Numbered from the stretch's first letter, positions 30,115 through 40,829 are shown. The stretch: DNA of 64,000 bases from an uncultured Gammaproteobacteria bacterium (GCA_964392925.1 CAYMRP010000001.1:51945-115944), one strand, 5' to 3'. Program-made: numbers and translations. Notes: generated by a model not told the origin, from the sequence alone.

Positions 30115-31661
30115 AAAATTTTTTAGCAATAATTTTTATTATCGCTGTTGCTCTACGCTTTATTTACTTCCCAGATAACGTCTATTTTGGATACGACCAA
30201 GCTAGAGACGCTTATACTTCGCAAGAAATTATCGCTGGTGATATTATAATCAAAGGTCCTTCTGCTTCGTTTGACTCCAATATCTTTCATGGGGCTCTCA
30301 GCTATTATATTCTCGCCCCTTTGTATTATTTCTCTGGTGGTGATCCAACTCTTTTCTCTGTTGTTCTTAGGTTTTACAATGCTCTTGGAGTCATCCTGGT
30401 TTTCCTTATTGCAGCTTTGCTTTTTAATAGAAAAACTGCTCTTATAGCAGCAACTTTGTATGCAGTCTCCTACGAGCAGACTCAGTATGCCCTGTTCCTA
30501 AGCCACCCTTCATTCGCCGTTCTAACTGTTCTCCTGTTTTACTACGGCTGTGTCAAATACTTTTTTCAAAACAATCTAAAAGGTTTAGTTCTCTCAGCAA
30601 TTGGACTTGGATTATCAATTCAATTCCATTTCTCGCTAATTATTCTTGCCTTTGTTTTCTTAGTTATGTTTATTCTATTTAAAATTCCCTGGAATTTAAT
30701 TTCTACCGCTAATACTAAATTCTTTTCATTAGTAAAGAGTAGATTGCCAGATTATTTAAAGTACGCACTGATTTCAATAATCTGTTTTATACTCACTACT
30801 GCCACTTTCATAATCTCCGAGTATAAATACGGCGATTTTTTGAAAATCCTAACCTCCTCAAATCAGAATTCTTTAATAAACGCTAACAATACTATCGAGA
30901 GCGCCATCTTTCATATAACTACAATTACCCATGATAATCTAAACGCATTTCCGGGTAATTTTGCAGTCATTCTAACTTTAGCGCTGTTATCGACAGCCGC
31001 CCTAATCTACAGGAATAATCACAAGAAACAATTAGTATTTTTACTGATTTGGATTATTGGAGGAATTGTTCCTTATCTATTAAGCTATTCCAAAATTTAT
31101 TACTACGGAATTGGCGGCTCAATCGGTTTATTAGTCCTAACCGCTTTTATCATCGACAGGCTGTTTATAAAGCATCGAATCTTGGCAACCGGCCTTTTGG
31201 TTTTAATCATTAGCTCAAATCTCTATTTAATTATCACCCTCAATCAAACTAAATTTAATCAAAATATGATCGTTCAGGAGGGTTTAGTATTGCCAGTAGA
31301 AAAAGAAGTTTTAGATTTTATCTATCAAAGATCAGAGAATCAGCCATTCTCAGTTAATGCTGTAATGATTCCTTATAATGTTAATACAACTTGGGATTAT
31401 TTATTTAACTGGTATGGCTATAAAAAATATGGTCGTCTTCCTGTCTGGGGTGGGGATGCAGCCCCTGGCTATAAAGGCAAGTTGGAAGTAGTAACATCAA
31501 GAACCAATTTGCCAAAACGAAGATTTTTAATAATTGAACCCTCAAGAAATATTCCTTCATACATGATTTCAGGTCTTATCACAGAAGAGAATTATTTTTC
31601 TAAAGTTATCGAAGAAAAAAGCTTTGGTAATATTACTGTCCAAGTGAGAGATGCTATCTAA
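30111..31661 (+). CDS. GT-C membrane glycosyltransferase (DxxRD subfamily)
   Basis: YDQARD, IKGP, HGALSYYILAP, IQFH; many TM helices. Confidence 0.75.
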   Translation: MKNFLAIIFIIAVALRFIYFPDNVYFGYDQARDAYTSQEIIAGDIIIKGPSASFDSNIFHGALSYYILAPLYYFSGGDPTLFSVVLRFYNALGVILVFLIAALLFNRKTALIAATLYAVSYEQTQYALFLSHPSFAVLTVLLFYYGCVKYFFQNNLKGLVLSAIGLGLSIQFHFSLIILAFVFLVMFILFKIPWNLISTANTKFFSLVKSRLPDYLKYALISIICFILTTATFIISEYKYGDFLKILTSSNQNSLINANNTIESAIFHITTITHDNLNAFPGNFAVILTLALLSTAALIYRNNHKKQLVFLLIWIIGGIVPYLLSYSKIYYYGIGGSIGLLVLTAFIIDRLFIKHRILATGLLVLIISSNLYLIITLNQTKFNQNMIVQEGLVLPVEKEVLDFIYQRSENQPFSVNAVMIPYNVNTTWDYLFNWYGYKKYGRLPVWGGDAAPGYKGKLEVVTSRTNLPKRRFLIIEPSRNIPSYMISGLITEENYFSKVIEEKSFGNITVQVRDAI

Positions 31662-33201
31662 AAAACCCATTGCTCAGAAGCAGTAGTGAAGGGTTAGGCG
31701 GGTTATTAATTTCTTCCTCAGACAATCTGTATTTTTCAATTCTGTAATGCTTAAACTGTAAGATTTTTTCAGCTTGAGAGCTTATTTTTACATCCACATT
31801 TTTCCAGTTCTCGGGAGTAAGATCAGCTCTCCCAGTATTAAAATCAGCAATAATCAGGTAAGTGATTGGCTTCTTAATAAAAGCGAATGATTCAAGATGT
31901 TTATACTTGGCAGCCTCATACTCCATAGCATATCTCTGACTATAACCAAACAAATTCGGCGTATAAATAAAGTATCCAAAATCTTCATCAGAATCCTCAT
32001 AAACTATCTGCGCCATTTCTAAGTTATAATTCCAGCTGGTAAAATCCTGCTTTTCCTGAGTGTACGGATAATCTGTCACAATTCTTAATCCGAGCAAAAG
32101 ATTGTAACCGACAAGTATAAAAATGATTACGGCAGCTACTCTTTTTGAAATATTCATTAGTAGCGCACTAAATATAATTACCATCAAAGGTAAAAAAGGC
32201 CAGTAATAATTTACAATCTCTCCTTTAAATAAAAATGTTATTAATCCAAATCCAAAATAAAAATACCCAAACAACCAAAAGGGATCAGAGTATGAAAAAT
32301 GATTTCTTCTTAGTTGATAAAAAAGTAAAACAAAAAAGGACAGTGAAAATAGAACTTGCAAAGGTAAACTATTCTCAGCCAGCATTCTAAAATTATCCAT
32401 AAACAATTGATCAATTCTCGAGAATATAAAATTCCTAAAATTCATTTGAGTATTTTCAGTCACTAAATATAAAAGTACAGTCTTAACCTGCAAGAAATTA
32501 TTCTTCAATTCGAAAATAATAAAAGTTGAAAGTGGGAATACAATCAAAAGTAAATTCATTAGATGATATAACTTGTTTTTTCTGAAATTATAAATAGTTA
32601 GGTATATCGAAGTTAAAATAAAAATTGGCACTCCAAAAGCCATTTGAAACTGAATTATCAAGCCAACAATCAGTACTGATAATTGAAGATATATTGGCTT
32701 TAAACTCTTAATATATTTTTGAAAAAGATAGAAAAAAACCGGTACCAATATTACCGCCCCATAAGGGTTATAAAAATACTTTTCATCATCCGTAAAGTTT
32801 GTGATTGAGTTAGCAGACAAGATAAGAATGCTCAGAATTGCAGTCTTCCAATCAAATATCCTTGATGCAGTAAAAAAGACTAGATAAAGAAACACTCCTG
32901 AAAGTATCATCCAAAACCAGCCGAGTGCTACAGGATTTCCATTACCTATTAAAAGAGCTGGTAAGTTGAGATAGTACCAAAGTGGTCCGTGAAATAAGCC
33001 GGGGATAGTGCCTGAATGCGGACCAATCAAGGTTATATGATTATTATGAATAATCTCATACCAAAGTATTAAATCCCTCGAGATGTCAAAATTAATAAAA
33101 AAATTGTTATTAAGAACCCACCACCAACTCAGAACGAAACAAAATCCAATCAGAAAGATAACTGAAAATTTAATAATCTTACTAAAGCCTAAAGAGCTCA
33201 T
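31654..33201 (-). CDS. GT-C membrane glycosyltransferase (DxxRD subfamily)
   Basis: FDISRD, LIGP, FHGPLWYYL..P, YNP, IQFQ, FELKNNF. Confidence 0.75.
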   Translation of the reverse strand: MSSLGFSKIIKFSVIFLIGFCFVLSWWWVLNNNFFINFDISRDLILWYEIIHNNHITLIGPHSGTIPGLFHGPLWYYLNLPALLIGNGNPVALGWFWMILSGVFLYLVFFTASRIFDWKTAILSILILSANSITNFTDDEKYFYNPYGAVILVPVFFYLFQKYIKSLKPIYLQLSVLIVGLIIQFQMAFGVPIFILTSIYLTIYNFRKNKLYHLMNLLLIVFPLSTFIIFELKNNFLQVKTVLLYLVTENTQMNFRNFIFSRIDQLFMDNFRMLAENSLPLQVLFSLSFFVLLFYQLRRNHFSYSDPFWLFGYFYFGFGLITFLFKGEIVNYYWPFLPLMVIIFSALLMNISKRVAAVIIFILVGYNLLLGLRIVTDYPYTQEKQDFTSWNYNLEMAQIVYEDSDEDFGYFIYTPNLFGYSQRYAMEYEAAKYKHLESFAFIKKPITYLIIADFNTGRADLTPENWKNVDVKISSQAEKILQFKHYRIEKYRLSEEEINNPPNPSLLLLSNGFFR

Positions 33202-33229
33202 ATATGTGACAGAAATGTTTTAATTAAAT

Positions 33230-34177
33230 CTATCCCTCAAGAATCTTCTTATAAAATTTGAGGTTGCTTACCTGTTCTTTTATTGTACATAGATTCTTTT
33301 TATTTCCCAAAAAAGCCGTAATTTCTTTATAAATTCCTGGTTTATAATCCAAATCCAACTTGTCATCTATGCTGTAATCCTTAACCTTAAAACTTCCTAC
33401 ATCCTGAATCTGCAATTTCTCCAATGGTTTAAAAATTAATTTATGTTTGGCGGTATGTATCTCAACAGCCCATCTTCCTGCCGATTTCCAATTCGCATGA
33501 TATGAAAAAGGGATTCCTTTTTCTAGCAATCCAGAACCAGTAAAGATTGCTCCAGCTGGATGCCATGACAATGTTCCTGAAACTTCACAATTCATTTTTA
33601 CAGGAATACCAGCTATGTAGAATGCCATATCAATAACATGAGTAGAGTTATGTAGAAACCAGTTTTCCTTAACCCCTGGAGCTCTGACTAAAGGCACAAT
33701 TTTGTGAACAGCTTCTGTAAAATCAAAATAAAGCGATAGCACTCCGCCGTCTTTTTTAATGATCTTGGAGGCTTCCTCAACTGAAGCATAAAACCTTCTG
33801 TTGTATCCCAAGTAAACATTAGTCCCTTTTTCCTCAGCTGTCTTTGCTACTTTCTTGATTTCCTGAAAATCTGCTCCTCCTGGTTTTTCAGCTAGGATCT
33901 CTTTAGTCCCGGCCTTTATCAACTTAATTGTAGTCAATCCAATCTGATCTTCGCTTACTGCCACGATTGCACTTTTTGGAACATTTAAATTCTCAGCTAA
34001 ATATTTTTCAATCCCTCCTCTGAATACTTTTACTCCAATTTCCTTTTCAAAATTATTAGCTGATTCTTCTCCTCGTCCAACAACAATAAATTCCTGTTTT
34101 AAAGCTCTCAATACCTTTGCAAATTCAACGCCCATGTAACCTGATCCGATTAGTAATATTGGTTGATTATTTTTCAT
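33230..34177 (-). CDS. Gfo/Idh/MocA-family NAD(P)-dependent oxidoreductase
   Basis: LIGSGYMG, AEKPG, GYNRRFY, HVID. Confidence 0.85.
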   Translation of the reverse strand: MKNNQPILLIGSGYMGVEFAKVLRALKQEFIVVGRGEESANNFEKEIGVKVFRGGIEKYLAENLNVPKSAIVAVSEDQIGLTTIKLIKAGTKEILAEKPGGADFQEIKKVAKTAEEKGTNVYLGYNRRFYASVEEASKIIKKDGGVLSLYFDFTEAVHKIVPLVRAPGVKENWFLHNSTHVIDMAFYIAGIPVKMNCEVSGTLSWHPAGAIFTGSGLLEKGIPFSYHANWKSAGRWAVEIHTAKHKLIFKPLEKLQIQDVGSFKVKDYSIDDKLDLDYKPGIYKEITAFLGNKKNLCTIKEQVSNLKFYKKILEG

Positions 34178-34179
34178 TT

Positions 34180-35157
34180 TTAAGTAAAAGGATACAAATT
34201 CTGTTTTTTATCAGAATTCCTATTTATAAATCTTAACAGCTCCTCAAGTAGTTCTAAATGCACTTTTACAGATTGTTGGTAAGTCGGGAGACCACAACTT
34301 CCTGTTTTAAGAATATCTTCAACAACAATATTTGTCATATCACTTTGAAAGAGTAATGATTCTGGTGAGGGTTTAATCTCCCATTTTGGGGAATTAGAAA
34401 TAAATGTTTCTCTGGTCGTCTCATTAGCAGTTGCTTGAAAACTATCTGAACTAATTTGAGCTATGATCGGAGCTTCGCCTTCAGGGAAATCTGAGAAAAC
34501 TCCGGTACTGCCATTACTAAAATTAACTATCATAGTCCCAGTCAATTCTAGAAAGCCTGCTCTTTTGCTTTGCAAAAGATTCTTATCAAGTCCGGTTGTA
34601 TCAACTTTAAATTCATAATCATCTAGAAGAAAGGCCATATGATCAATAAAATGTATGGCTTGAGTGGCGATACCAAACCGGCTGCCAGTTAACAGATAAA
34701 CAATTCTCTTCCCTTTAAATTTGTCCTTTAACTTTTGATAAAAAGGGGTAACTCTCATACTGCAATTAACCCAGGCTTTAATGTTTTTCTTCTCCAGCAA
34801 TCTATTAACAAAATCGTAATCATTCTTTTTCTGAAAAAGTAATTTCTCAAAAATAATGTTTCTCACCTCAGATTGGGTTAGTAATTCCTCAGTAACTTTA
34901 CGGCGGATATTTGAACTAGTAGCGATTATAGCCACATCAACCTGAGTCGATATCATCCTGGAATCTGTCAAAAAAATAATCTGATGTTTACTATGATTTG
35001 GTATTTGCTTGAATCTTTCTTCAGCAACTTTTAACGATTCGATAGAAGGATCAAAAACCTCAATAGATAGAGGACTATTTATCTTAGCCAGCCCCTGCAG
35101 ATGCCGGCTGCCGATATTACCTGCACCAATAAGAACAATATTCTTAGGCGGTTTCAT
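34180..35157 (-). CDS. Gfo/Idh/MocA-family NAD(P)-dependent oxidoreductase
   Basis: LIGAGNIGSRHLQ, IATSS..R, FEK, WVN..R, IHFID. Confidence 0.82.
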   Translation of the reverse strand: MKPPKNIVLIGAGNIGSRHLQGLAKINSPLSIEVFDPSIESLKVAEERFKQIPNHSKHQIIFLTDSRMISTQVDVAIIATSSNIRRKVTEELLTQSEVRNIIFEKLLFQKKNDYDFVNRLLEKKNIKAWVNCSMRVTPFYQKLKDKFKGKRIVYLLTGSRFGIATQAIHFIDHMAFLLDDYEFKVDTTGLDKNLLQSKRAGFLELTGTMIVNFSNGSTGVFSDFPEGEAPIIAQISSDSFQATANETTRETFISNSPKWEIKPSPESLLFQSDMTNIVVEDILKTGSCGLPTYQQSVKVHLELLEELLRFINRNSDKKQNLYPFT

Positions 35158-36433
35158 TTTTCTCCCAAACAGGGTGTCTTAATTCCCATTGATTATTCTC
35201 CAATTTCCAAAGATGGGGAGAGCGTCCTCTATTAATTAACTTCCAAAATTCTTCTTCAGTTAATTCCATATACTCCAAAATCTGTTTAAAGTACTTAGCA
35301 GGAAACTCTGTATCAAATTTTTTGACTAGAGCCACCCCTTCTTCCCGGGTAATCTTTCTGTTTCTAATTTCTTGTGATGAATCATAAGAAGCCCTTCCTA
35401 AGCCAAACTTTATCAGTGTTGTGTAATAATGAAACGGATCTATTCTGTCATCAATCGAAGAGTACTTTGAGTAAGATCCTTCTGTGCGTTCAGTATTTGG
35501 TTTAAAACCTGTGTGTTCTGCAGCATAATAGTAACATTCCTGTGGGTCCCATTTTAAATAGTACCCAAGATAATGAACTGTCGTCCCGACCTTTTTAATC
35601 AGCGACTTGTCGGCAGGTAAATAGGGAAGTAGATCATTCTCCTGCAATTTATATTCCTTAATAAGATCACGCGCTTTTACCCCTCCTAAAAATACTTTAT
35701 TTAAATCAATATCGTCCTCATAAAATTTTGGATCCATAGTCGGTTTAAAATTTTCCTTAATATTATGCCCGTACTCTGCCTGGTTTTCTCCGTAAAAAAT
35801 TAATGGCACCTTATGTAAAACTGATTGCTTTGAAGCAATATGTCTTTGTCCAACAATAAAAGGTTGAAATGGGTGAAGCAGATTCACAAACGCCAGTTTT
35901 GTTAAAAGTCTGTGCAATTTACCGTTAGGCGAAAATAATACATTATCAAAACCACTATGAATCCAAGATTTAAAATTTTCAAAACCAATATCAGTATAAA
36001 TATGTGGAGCCCATGTCACAGTTAGCGGATTCATTTTATACTTGTATTTAAGTATGTGTGAAGTAAAAGCACTGTCTTTACCTCCTGAACCAGGAACTAT
36101 GCAATCATAGTTGCCTTTTTTACTTCTATAAAAGTTACACAGCTTAATCAATTCTTTTTCTCTTTTTTCCCAGTCAATCTCCTGATCTTTAATATCTGCA
36201 TATCTGCATGCTGAGCAAACACCTTCTTTGTCCATTGCGATTGTCTCTTTTTTATTCGCCTGCTTATTCTTAAATTCGACTGTCGAGTTTGGTCTTTGAT
36301 TTGAAATAATGCATCTTGTACAAAATTTAACTTGAGACGGAAGTCCATAAAGAGCCTTTAAGTTTTTAGTTTTAGTAGGGGAGAATTGAGTTAGTTCTGA
36401 TTTTTTAAGACCGGCTGTTATAAAGTTATCCAT
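35144..36433 (-). CDS. wbuX: N-acetyl sugar amidotransferase (WbuX/PseA/WbpG family)
   Basis: CTRC....RP, GVCSAC, YDCIVPGSGGKDS PP-loop, YGEN, KFGLGRA, ITREE. Confidence 0.9.
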   Translation of the reverse strand: MDNFITAGLKKSELTQFSPTKTKNLKALYGLPSQVKFCTRCIISNQRPNSTVEFKNKQANKKETIAMDKEGVCSACRYADIKDQEIDWEKREKELIKLCNFYRSKKGNYDCIVPGSGGKDSAFTSHILKYKYKMNPLTVTWAPHIYTDIGFENFKSWIHSGFDNVLFSPNGKLHRLLTKLAFVNLLHPFQPFIVGQRHIASKQSVLHKVPLIFYGENQAEYGHNIKENFKPTMDPKFYEDDIDLNKVFLGGVKARDLIKEYKLQENDLLPYLPADKSLIKKVGTTVHYLGYYLKWDPQECYYYAAEHTGFKPNTERTEGSYSKYSSIDDRIDPFHYYTTLIKFGLGRASYDSSQEIRNRKITREEGVALVKKFDTEFPAKYFKQILEYMELTEEEFWKLINRGRSPHLWKLENNQWELRHPVWEKNETA

Positions 36434-36439
36434 TAGTAG

Positions 36440-37138
36440 TTAATCTCGCACAATTTTTTTATCAGAACATCTCTCTACAAATTTTCCAAAATTTCTATAA
36501 ATCTCGGGGCCATCTTTACCACTCTTTTCAGGGTGAAACTGAACAGCAAAAACATTATTCTTTGAGACAGCACTTACAAACTCAAACCCCTCGTAATTTG
36601 TAGTCGTAGCGATAATATCACGATCCTCAGGAATGCAAAAGTAGGAATGTACAAAATACATATAATCGCTATTTTTAAATCCTTTAAACAATGATGTTTC
36701 CTTTTTGATTTCAATTTTATCCCAGCCAATATGAGGTATTCTCATTCTCTCAGTCGTATCAGGTGTATTGTTAAACTTCTTAACAGATCCCTTAAAAACT
36801 CCCAAACCTTGATGTTCTCCAAATTCCGTACTCGTCTCAAACAACAACTGCATTCCTAAACAGACACCCATAAACGGTTTATTCTTCTGAATGTGATTTT
36901 TTATAGCCTGTGTTAAACCCAGCGAATCCAGATTCTTCATGGCATCCGCAAAGGCCCCAACCCCAGGCAGTATTATGCCATCGGCCTCATCTAGATCCTT
37001 AGGATCAGAAGTTATCTTTACATCGATTCCTACATATTCGCAAGCATGTGCCACTGAAAAAAGATTACTCAATTTAAAATCAATAATCACAATGTTCAAT
37101 TTTCTAAATGTATTACTGTCTTTATTTAAGATCGGCAT
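36440..37138 (-). CDS. hisH: HisH-like glutamine amidotransferase subunit (WbuY-type)
   Basis: LPGVGAF, GVCLGMQLL, PHIGW, YFVHS, QFHPEKS; adjacent to wbuX. Confidence 0.88.
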   Translation of the reverse strand: MPILNKDSNTFRKLNIVIIDFKLSNLFSVAHACEYVGIDVKITSDPKDLDEADGIILPGVGAFADAMKNLDSLGLTQAIKNHIQKNKPFMGVCLGMQLLFETSTEFGEHQGLGVFKGSVKKFNNTPDTTERMRIPHIGWDKIEIKKETSLFKGFKNSDYMYFVHSYFCIPEDRDIIATTTNYEGFEFVSAVSKNNVFAVQFHPEKSGKDGPEIYRNFGKFVERCSDKKIVRD

Positions 37139-37968
37139 GAAACCCCATTTCTTTTTAAATACTTTTTCACTTCCTCAACAGAACTTATTTTTATATTTTT
37201 ATTCGACAACCCGCTTTTTATAAAATTATTACTTCCTTGTTCAAGATCAACATCTCGGCTCATTCTCTCAAGAGCACCATAGTGAAGCATTGAGGCAATA
37301 GCAATTCCACCGACTCCATTAATCAAACAAGCATCCTTTATGTCATCCAATTTTCCTGCACCTCCGTGTACCACGATCGGAACATTCACAGCCCTTGCAA
37401 CGGCTTTGATTAAATCGGTATCAAAACCCTTTCCTGTACCCTCCTTATCAACCGACGTAAGAATTATTTCTCCGGCTCCCAGACTCTCCACCTGTTTTGC
37501 CCATGCTATAACCTCAAGTCCTGTCTTTTCTCTGCCATTATCAGTAAATGCATAATAATTACCATCGCTTTGTTTGATTGCCTCAATCGAAACGACAAGA
37601 TTAGCTGACCCAAAAAGATTGGCCGCTTCAGAAATTAGTTGCGGATTCTTGACAGCAGCAGTATTAATAGAAACTTTATCTGCTCCGGCCCGAAACATAG
37701 CTTGCATATCTTGAATACTTCTAATGCCTCCTCCAACTGCCAGTGGTATGAAGATCTCCTTAGCAGTTCTGGTAATTATTTCCTGCAAACTATTTCTTCC
37801 GTAAAGAGAAGCCACCACATCCATATACAAAAGTTCATCAGCTCCATTATCAAAATAGTATTTTGCATATTGCTCGGGTCGACCTAGAATTCTCAGACCT
37901 TCAAGATGCATACCTTTCACTAAATTCGGCCCTTTAATATCAAGTCTTGGGATAATTCTTATATTCAT
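37126..37968 (-). CDS. hisF: HisF-like cyclase subunit (WbuZ-type)
   Basis: IIPRLDIKG, GADEL..MD..AS, VGGGIRS, GADKV.INTAA, GAGEI.LTSVD.EGT. Confidence 0.88.
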   Translation of the reverse strand: MNIRIIPRLDIKGPNLVKGMHLEGLRILGRPEQYAKYYFDNGADELLYMDVVASLYGRNSLQEIITRTAKEIFIPLAVGGGIRSIQDMQAMFRAGADKVSINTAAVKNPQLISEAANLFGSANLVVSIEAIKQSDGNYYAFTDNGREKTGLEVIAWAKQVESLGAGEIILTSVDKEGTGKGFDTDLIKAVARAVNVPIVVHGGAGKLDDIKDACLINGVGGIAIASMLHYGALERMSRDVDLEQGSNNFIKSGLSNKNIKISSVEEVKKYLKRNGVSCRS

Positions 37969-38813
37969 AATGATTCTTTCCGAAGAAAATTCTCAAAAGT
38001 TTTCTTAAGTCCTGATTCCAAAGAATACTCGGGCAAAAATCCGGCAGCTTTTATAATTTTCCCATTATCACCAACAATGGACTTTTTTTCCAACATTTCT
38101 ACTCCTTCAATCCTCTTTAATTTTATTTGTCCTGTCTTTTCTACTTCTGATATTAATTCGTTTATAGAGTATCCGCGCCCGCTGCAAATATTGAATATCT
38201 CGACTTGAAATTCTTGATTATTAATAATCAAGAATTTGAGATACTTCGCCACATCTTCAACAAATATATAATCCCGGATCTGATCTCCACTATTATTTAC
38301 CGAGAACGGTAATTTATTGTAAGTAGCGCTAACTATTTTTTGCACAATGCCTAAATTCTTCACATCACCATAAACATTCCCAATTCTCGCAATAGTTAAT
38401 AGCTTATTTTGTTTCCTAACAAATTGAATTAACAATGTCTCTTCCTTAGCTTTTTGCTTTTCGTAATCTGTAATAGGATTAACTTCTGATTCTTCAGAAT
38501 GCTTTCTTAAACTGTCCTTATATAGGAGTAGGGTAGAGCCAAAAATTATTCTCTTTATATCCTGACTATAATCCTGAATATATTTGATTAATTCTAGATT
38601 TGGCTGAGTCAAAATTATAACTAAATCGCACTGATCTAATAAATTCTCCTTCGAACTAAATTTTATATATTTGACATTTTTAAACCTAAACTTCGGTGAG
38701 CTTTTGTTATAGATAACCCTAACTTTTAATTCTGGAGTTTCCTGCAACAGTTTAACTAGATACCCCCCAATAAATCCATTCCCTCCAAACACCGCTACAT
38801 TTCTTAACGCCAT
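37965..38813 (-). CDS. NAD-dependent epimerase/dehydratase (extended SDR)
   Basis: FGGNGFIG, YEKQK, RIGNVYG, RDYIFVED, FNICSG. Confidence 0.82.
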   Translation of the reverse strand: MALRNVAVFGGNGFIGGYLVKLLQETPELKVRVIYNKSSPKFRFKNVKYIKFSSKENLLDQCDLVIILTQPNLELIKYIQDYSQDIKRIIFGSTLLLYKDSLRKHSEESEVNPITDYEKQKAKEETLLIQFVRKQNKLLTIARIGNVYGDVKNLGIVQKIVSATYNKLPFSVNNSGDQIRDYIFVEDVAKYLKFLIINNQEFQVEIFNICSGRGYSINELISEVEKTGQIKLKRIEGVEMLEKKSIVGDNGKIIKAAGFLPEYSLESGLKKTFENFLRKESL

Positions 38814-38816
38814 AAT

Positions 38817-39968
38817 CTAGTATGTTATCACTTTTTGGATCGGCGGCAGCTCGATAGTTTCTAAAATCCTAACCACCTTCTCCGCAGTATTCCCAGCATC
38901 ATACGGATTCTTACCATTATGTACCTTATTTATAAATTTCTTATCAAACAAACATCTTTCAATCGCATTCATAATTTCTTTTTTATCATAATCAACATCA
39001 ATTGTATTAACTCCTTTTTCTCTAAATTGTTCACGCGTTCCGATATTAACTGTTGGTAATTTTAACGAAGGAGCTTCGTGAATCCCGGCTGAAGAATTGC
39101 CCACCAAGACTGACGCAATATTCATTAGTCTCAGAAAATCTTCATAATCAATATGAGGAAAAGAATTAATTCCTGATTTTTCTATATACTTAACAATTCT
39201 GCCTCCTCCAGCATCATTATTTGAATAAACAGCCAAAGCCTCTGTGTCATGTTTCTGATTCATTTCTTTCACAGCATCAATAGTTTCTTTAATTTGCGAC
39301 TCCACTTTATCAACCTCAGTCGTAACCGGGTGCTGCAAAATAATAATTAACGGTTTTTTATAATCAAAGTTATACTTTTTGGCTAAAGATTCTTTTGATG
39401 AATACGAAATATTATGAATGGTATCCAAACTTGGACTTCCAACATTAAATACATATTTAGGATTCTCACCGAGTTTAATAATTCTATTTTTACTTCTCTC
39501 TGTCGCCGCAAAATGAATATGGGCAAACTTTGTCATACCATGTCTAATAACTTCATCAACGGTTCCTGACACTTCACCTCCCTGGATATGAGACACAACA
39601 GTATTAATATGCATTCCTGTAATTGCGGCCGCAAAGTTAGCACCAATATCAAATCCAGAAAAAATAACATCGGGTTTTAATTTCGGGAAAATATCCGCAA
39701 ATGCAACTAAAGCTTTACCCATCCCCCTAACCATAGACGCACCATCATCGTGATCTTTCTCGCTAAATATAGGCACTAACTTATCAATTCTAAATCCATC
39801 CTGAAGGATATTCTTTTTTGTTTCACCATACTTTTTTAATAAATGCATCCCTGTCACAACTAATTGGAGCTCTAACCTCGGAGATTTTTGAACCGCTTTC
39901 ATAATTGGTTTTAAACGGCTGTAATCAGCCCGTCTTTCTGTGATAAATAATATTTTTCTTTTTTTCAT
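38817..39968 (-). CDS. neuC: Hydrolysing UDP-GlcNAc 2-epimerase
   Basis: RADY, TGMHL, HIQGGE.SG..DE.IRH, HPVT, GNSSAGI.EAP, NIGTR. Confidence 0.92.
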   Translation of the reverse strand: MKKRKILFITERRADYSRLKPIMKAVQKSPRLELQLVVTGMHLLKKYGETKKNILQDGFRIDKLVPIFSEKDHDDGASMVRGMGKALVAFADIFPKLKPDVIFSGFDIGANFAAAITGMHINTVVSHIQGGEVSGTVDEVIRHGMTKFAHIHFAATERSKNRIIKLGENPKYVFNVGSPSLDTIHNISYSSKESLAKKYNFDYKKPLIIILQHPVTTEVDKVESQIKETIDAVKEMNQKHDTEALAVYSNNDAGGGRIVKYIEKSGINSFPHIDYEDFLRLMNIASVLVGNSSAGIHEAPSLKLPTVNIGTREQFREKGVNTIDVDYDKKEIMNAIERCLFDKKFINKVHNGKNPYDAGNTAEKVVRILETIELPPIQKVITY

Positions 39969-39980
39969 GTTGTGAAAATA

Positions 39981-40829
39981 CTAAAGAGGTTTTTCTAAAA
40001 CAAATCCAACAGCTCTGTTTCCAAATCCTCCAATATTATAATTCACAAACACCTCCGGTAAATTTGCATCATTCTTAACTTTGCGGTTTTCCGGATTGTC
40101 TGTTTTTATAATAATTTCTTGAATAATTTTAAATCCAGATTTCTTAATAAATTTCTCCCATTCAAATAGTCTATATTCATGTTCGCCATTTTCCCTTCTG
40201 GTTAGTTTAATTCCTGCCGGTCTAAAATTATTCTTTAAAAATTCTTCGCTATAAACTATATTTAACATTCTCTCGATCTCTTTATCCGGCGTATCATTAT
40301 TATGAAACTTATCAACAAAGATAAATCTACCTCCCGGTTTTAAAACTCTTAACGCTTCTTTTAAAGTTACAACAGGATTCAGTGAGTGATGCATCGAGAA
40401 CCAGCAAGTTGCAAAATCAAGAGATGAATCTTTGATATTTAAATTATCAAAGTCGCCAATAACTGATACAACTTTATTTCTTTGGGGTTCATCTAGAATC
40501 TTATTAATTACAATTGGTTGACAAAGAGTCACTACACTTTCCACCAACTCTACACTATAAATTTTCTTGACCTGTTCCTTTTTAGCGATAGTAGCGCTTA
40601 TGCATCCAACACCAGATCCTAAGTCGATACCTTTACCATAAAATGATTCCCAGCCTTCCGGGATATGCAAAAAAGTTTTTTTGACATCATCAGGCGAAAT
40701 ATAAACATAGTCCGAAATTAGCGCGTTATAACCTTTTTTGGATAATTTTTGCGCCAGCAACTCATTCCCTTTATATTCCTGATTATCTATATTAAAGCCA
40801 ATTTTCCATCTTTGAATTTTAGACTTCAT
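39981..40829 (-). CDS. Class I SAM-dependent methyltransferase
   Basis: IDLGSGVG, GDF..L, SMHH, LKEALRVLKPGG. Confidence 0.85.
   Translation of the reverse strand: MKSKIQRWKIGFNIDNQEYKGNELLAQKLSKKGYNALISDYVYISPDDVKKTFLHIPEGWESFYGKGIDLGSGVGCISATIAKKEQVKKIYSVELVESVVTLCQPIVINKILDEPQRNKVVSVIGDFDNLNIKDSSLDFATCWFSMHHSLNPVVTLKEALRVLKPGGRFIFVDKFHNNDTPDKEIERMLNIVYSEEFLKNNFRPAGIKLTRRENGEHEYRLFEWEKFIKKSGFKIIQEIIIKTDNPENRKVKNDANLPEVFVNYNIGGFGNRAVGFVLEKPL

Noticed and set aside
36440-37968. hisH/hisF as histidine biosynthesis genes
   Set aside because: No other his genes are present and they sit beside a WbuX-type amidotransferase, matching the known glycan-modifying paralogs
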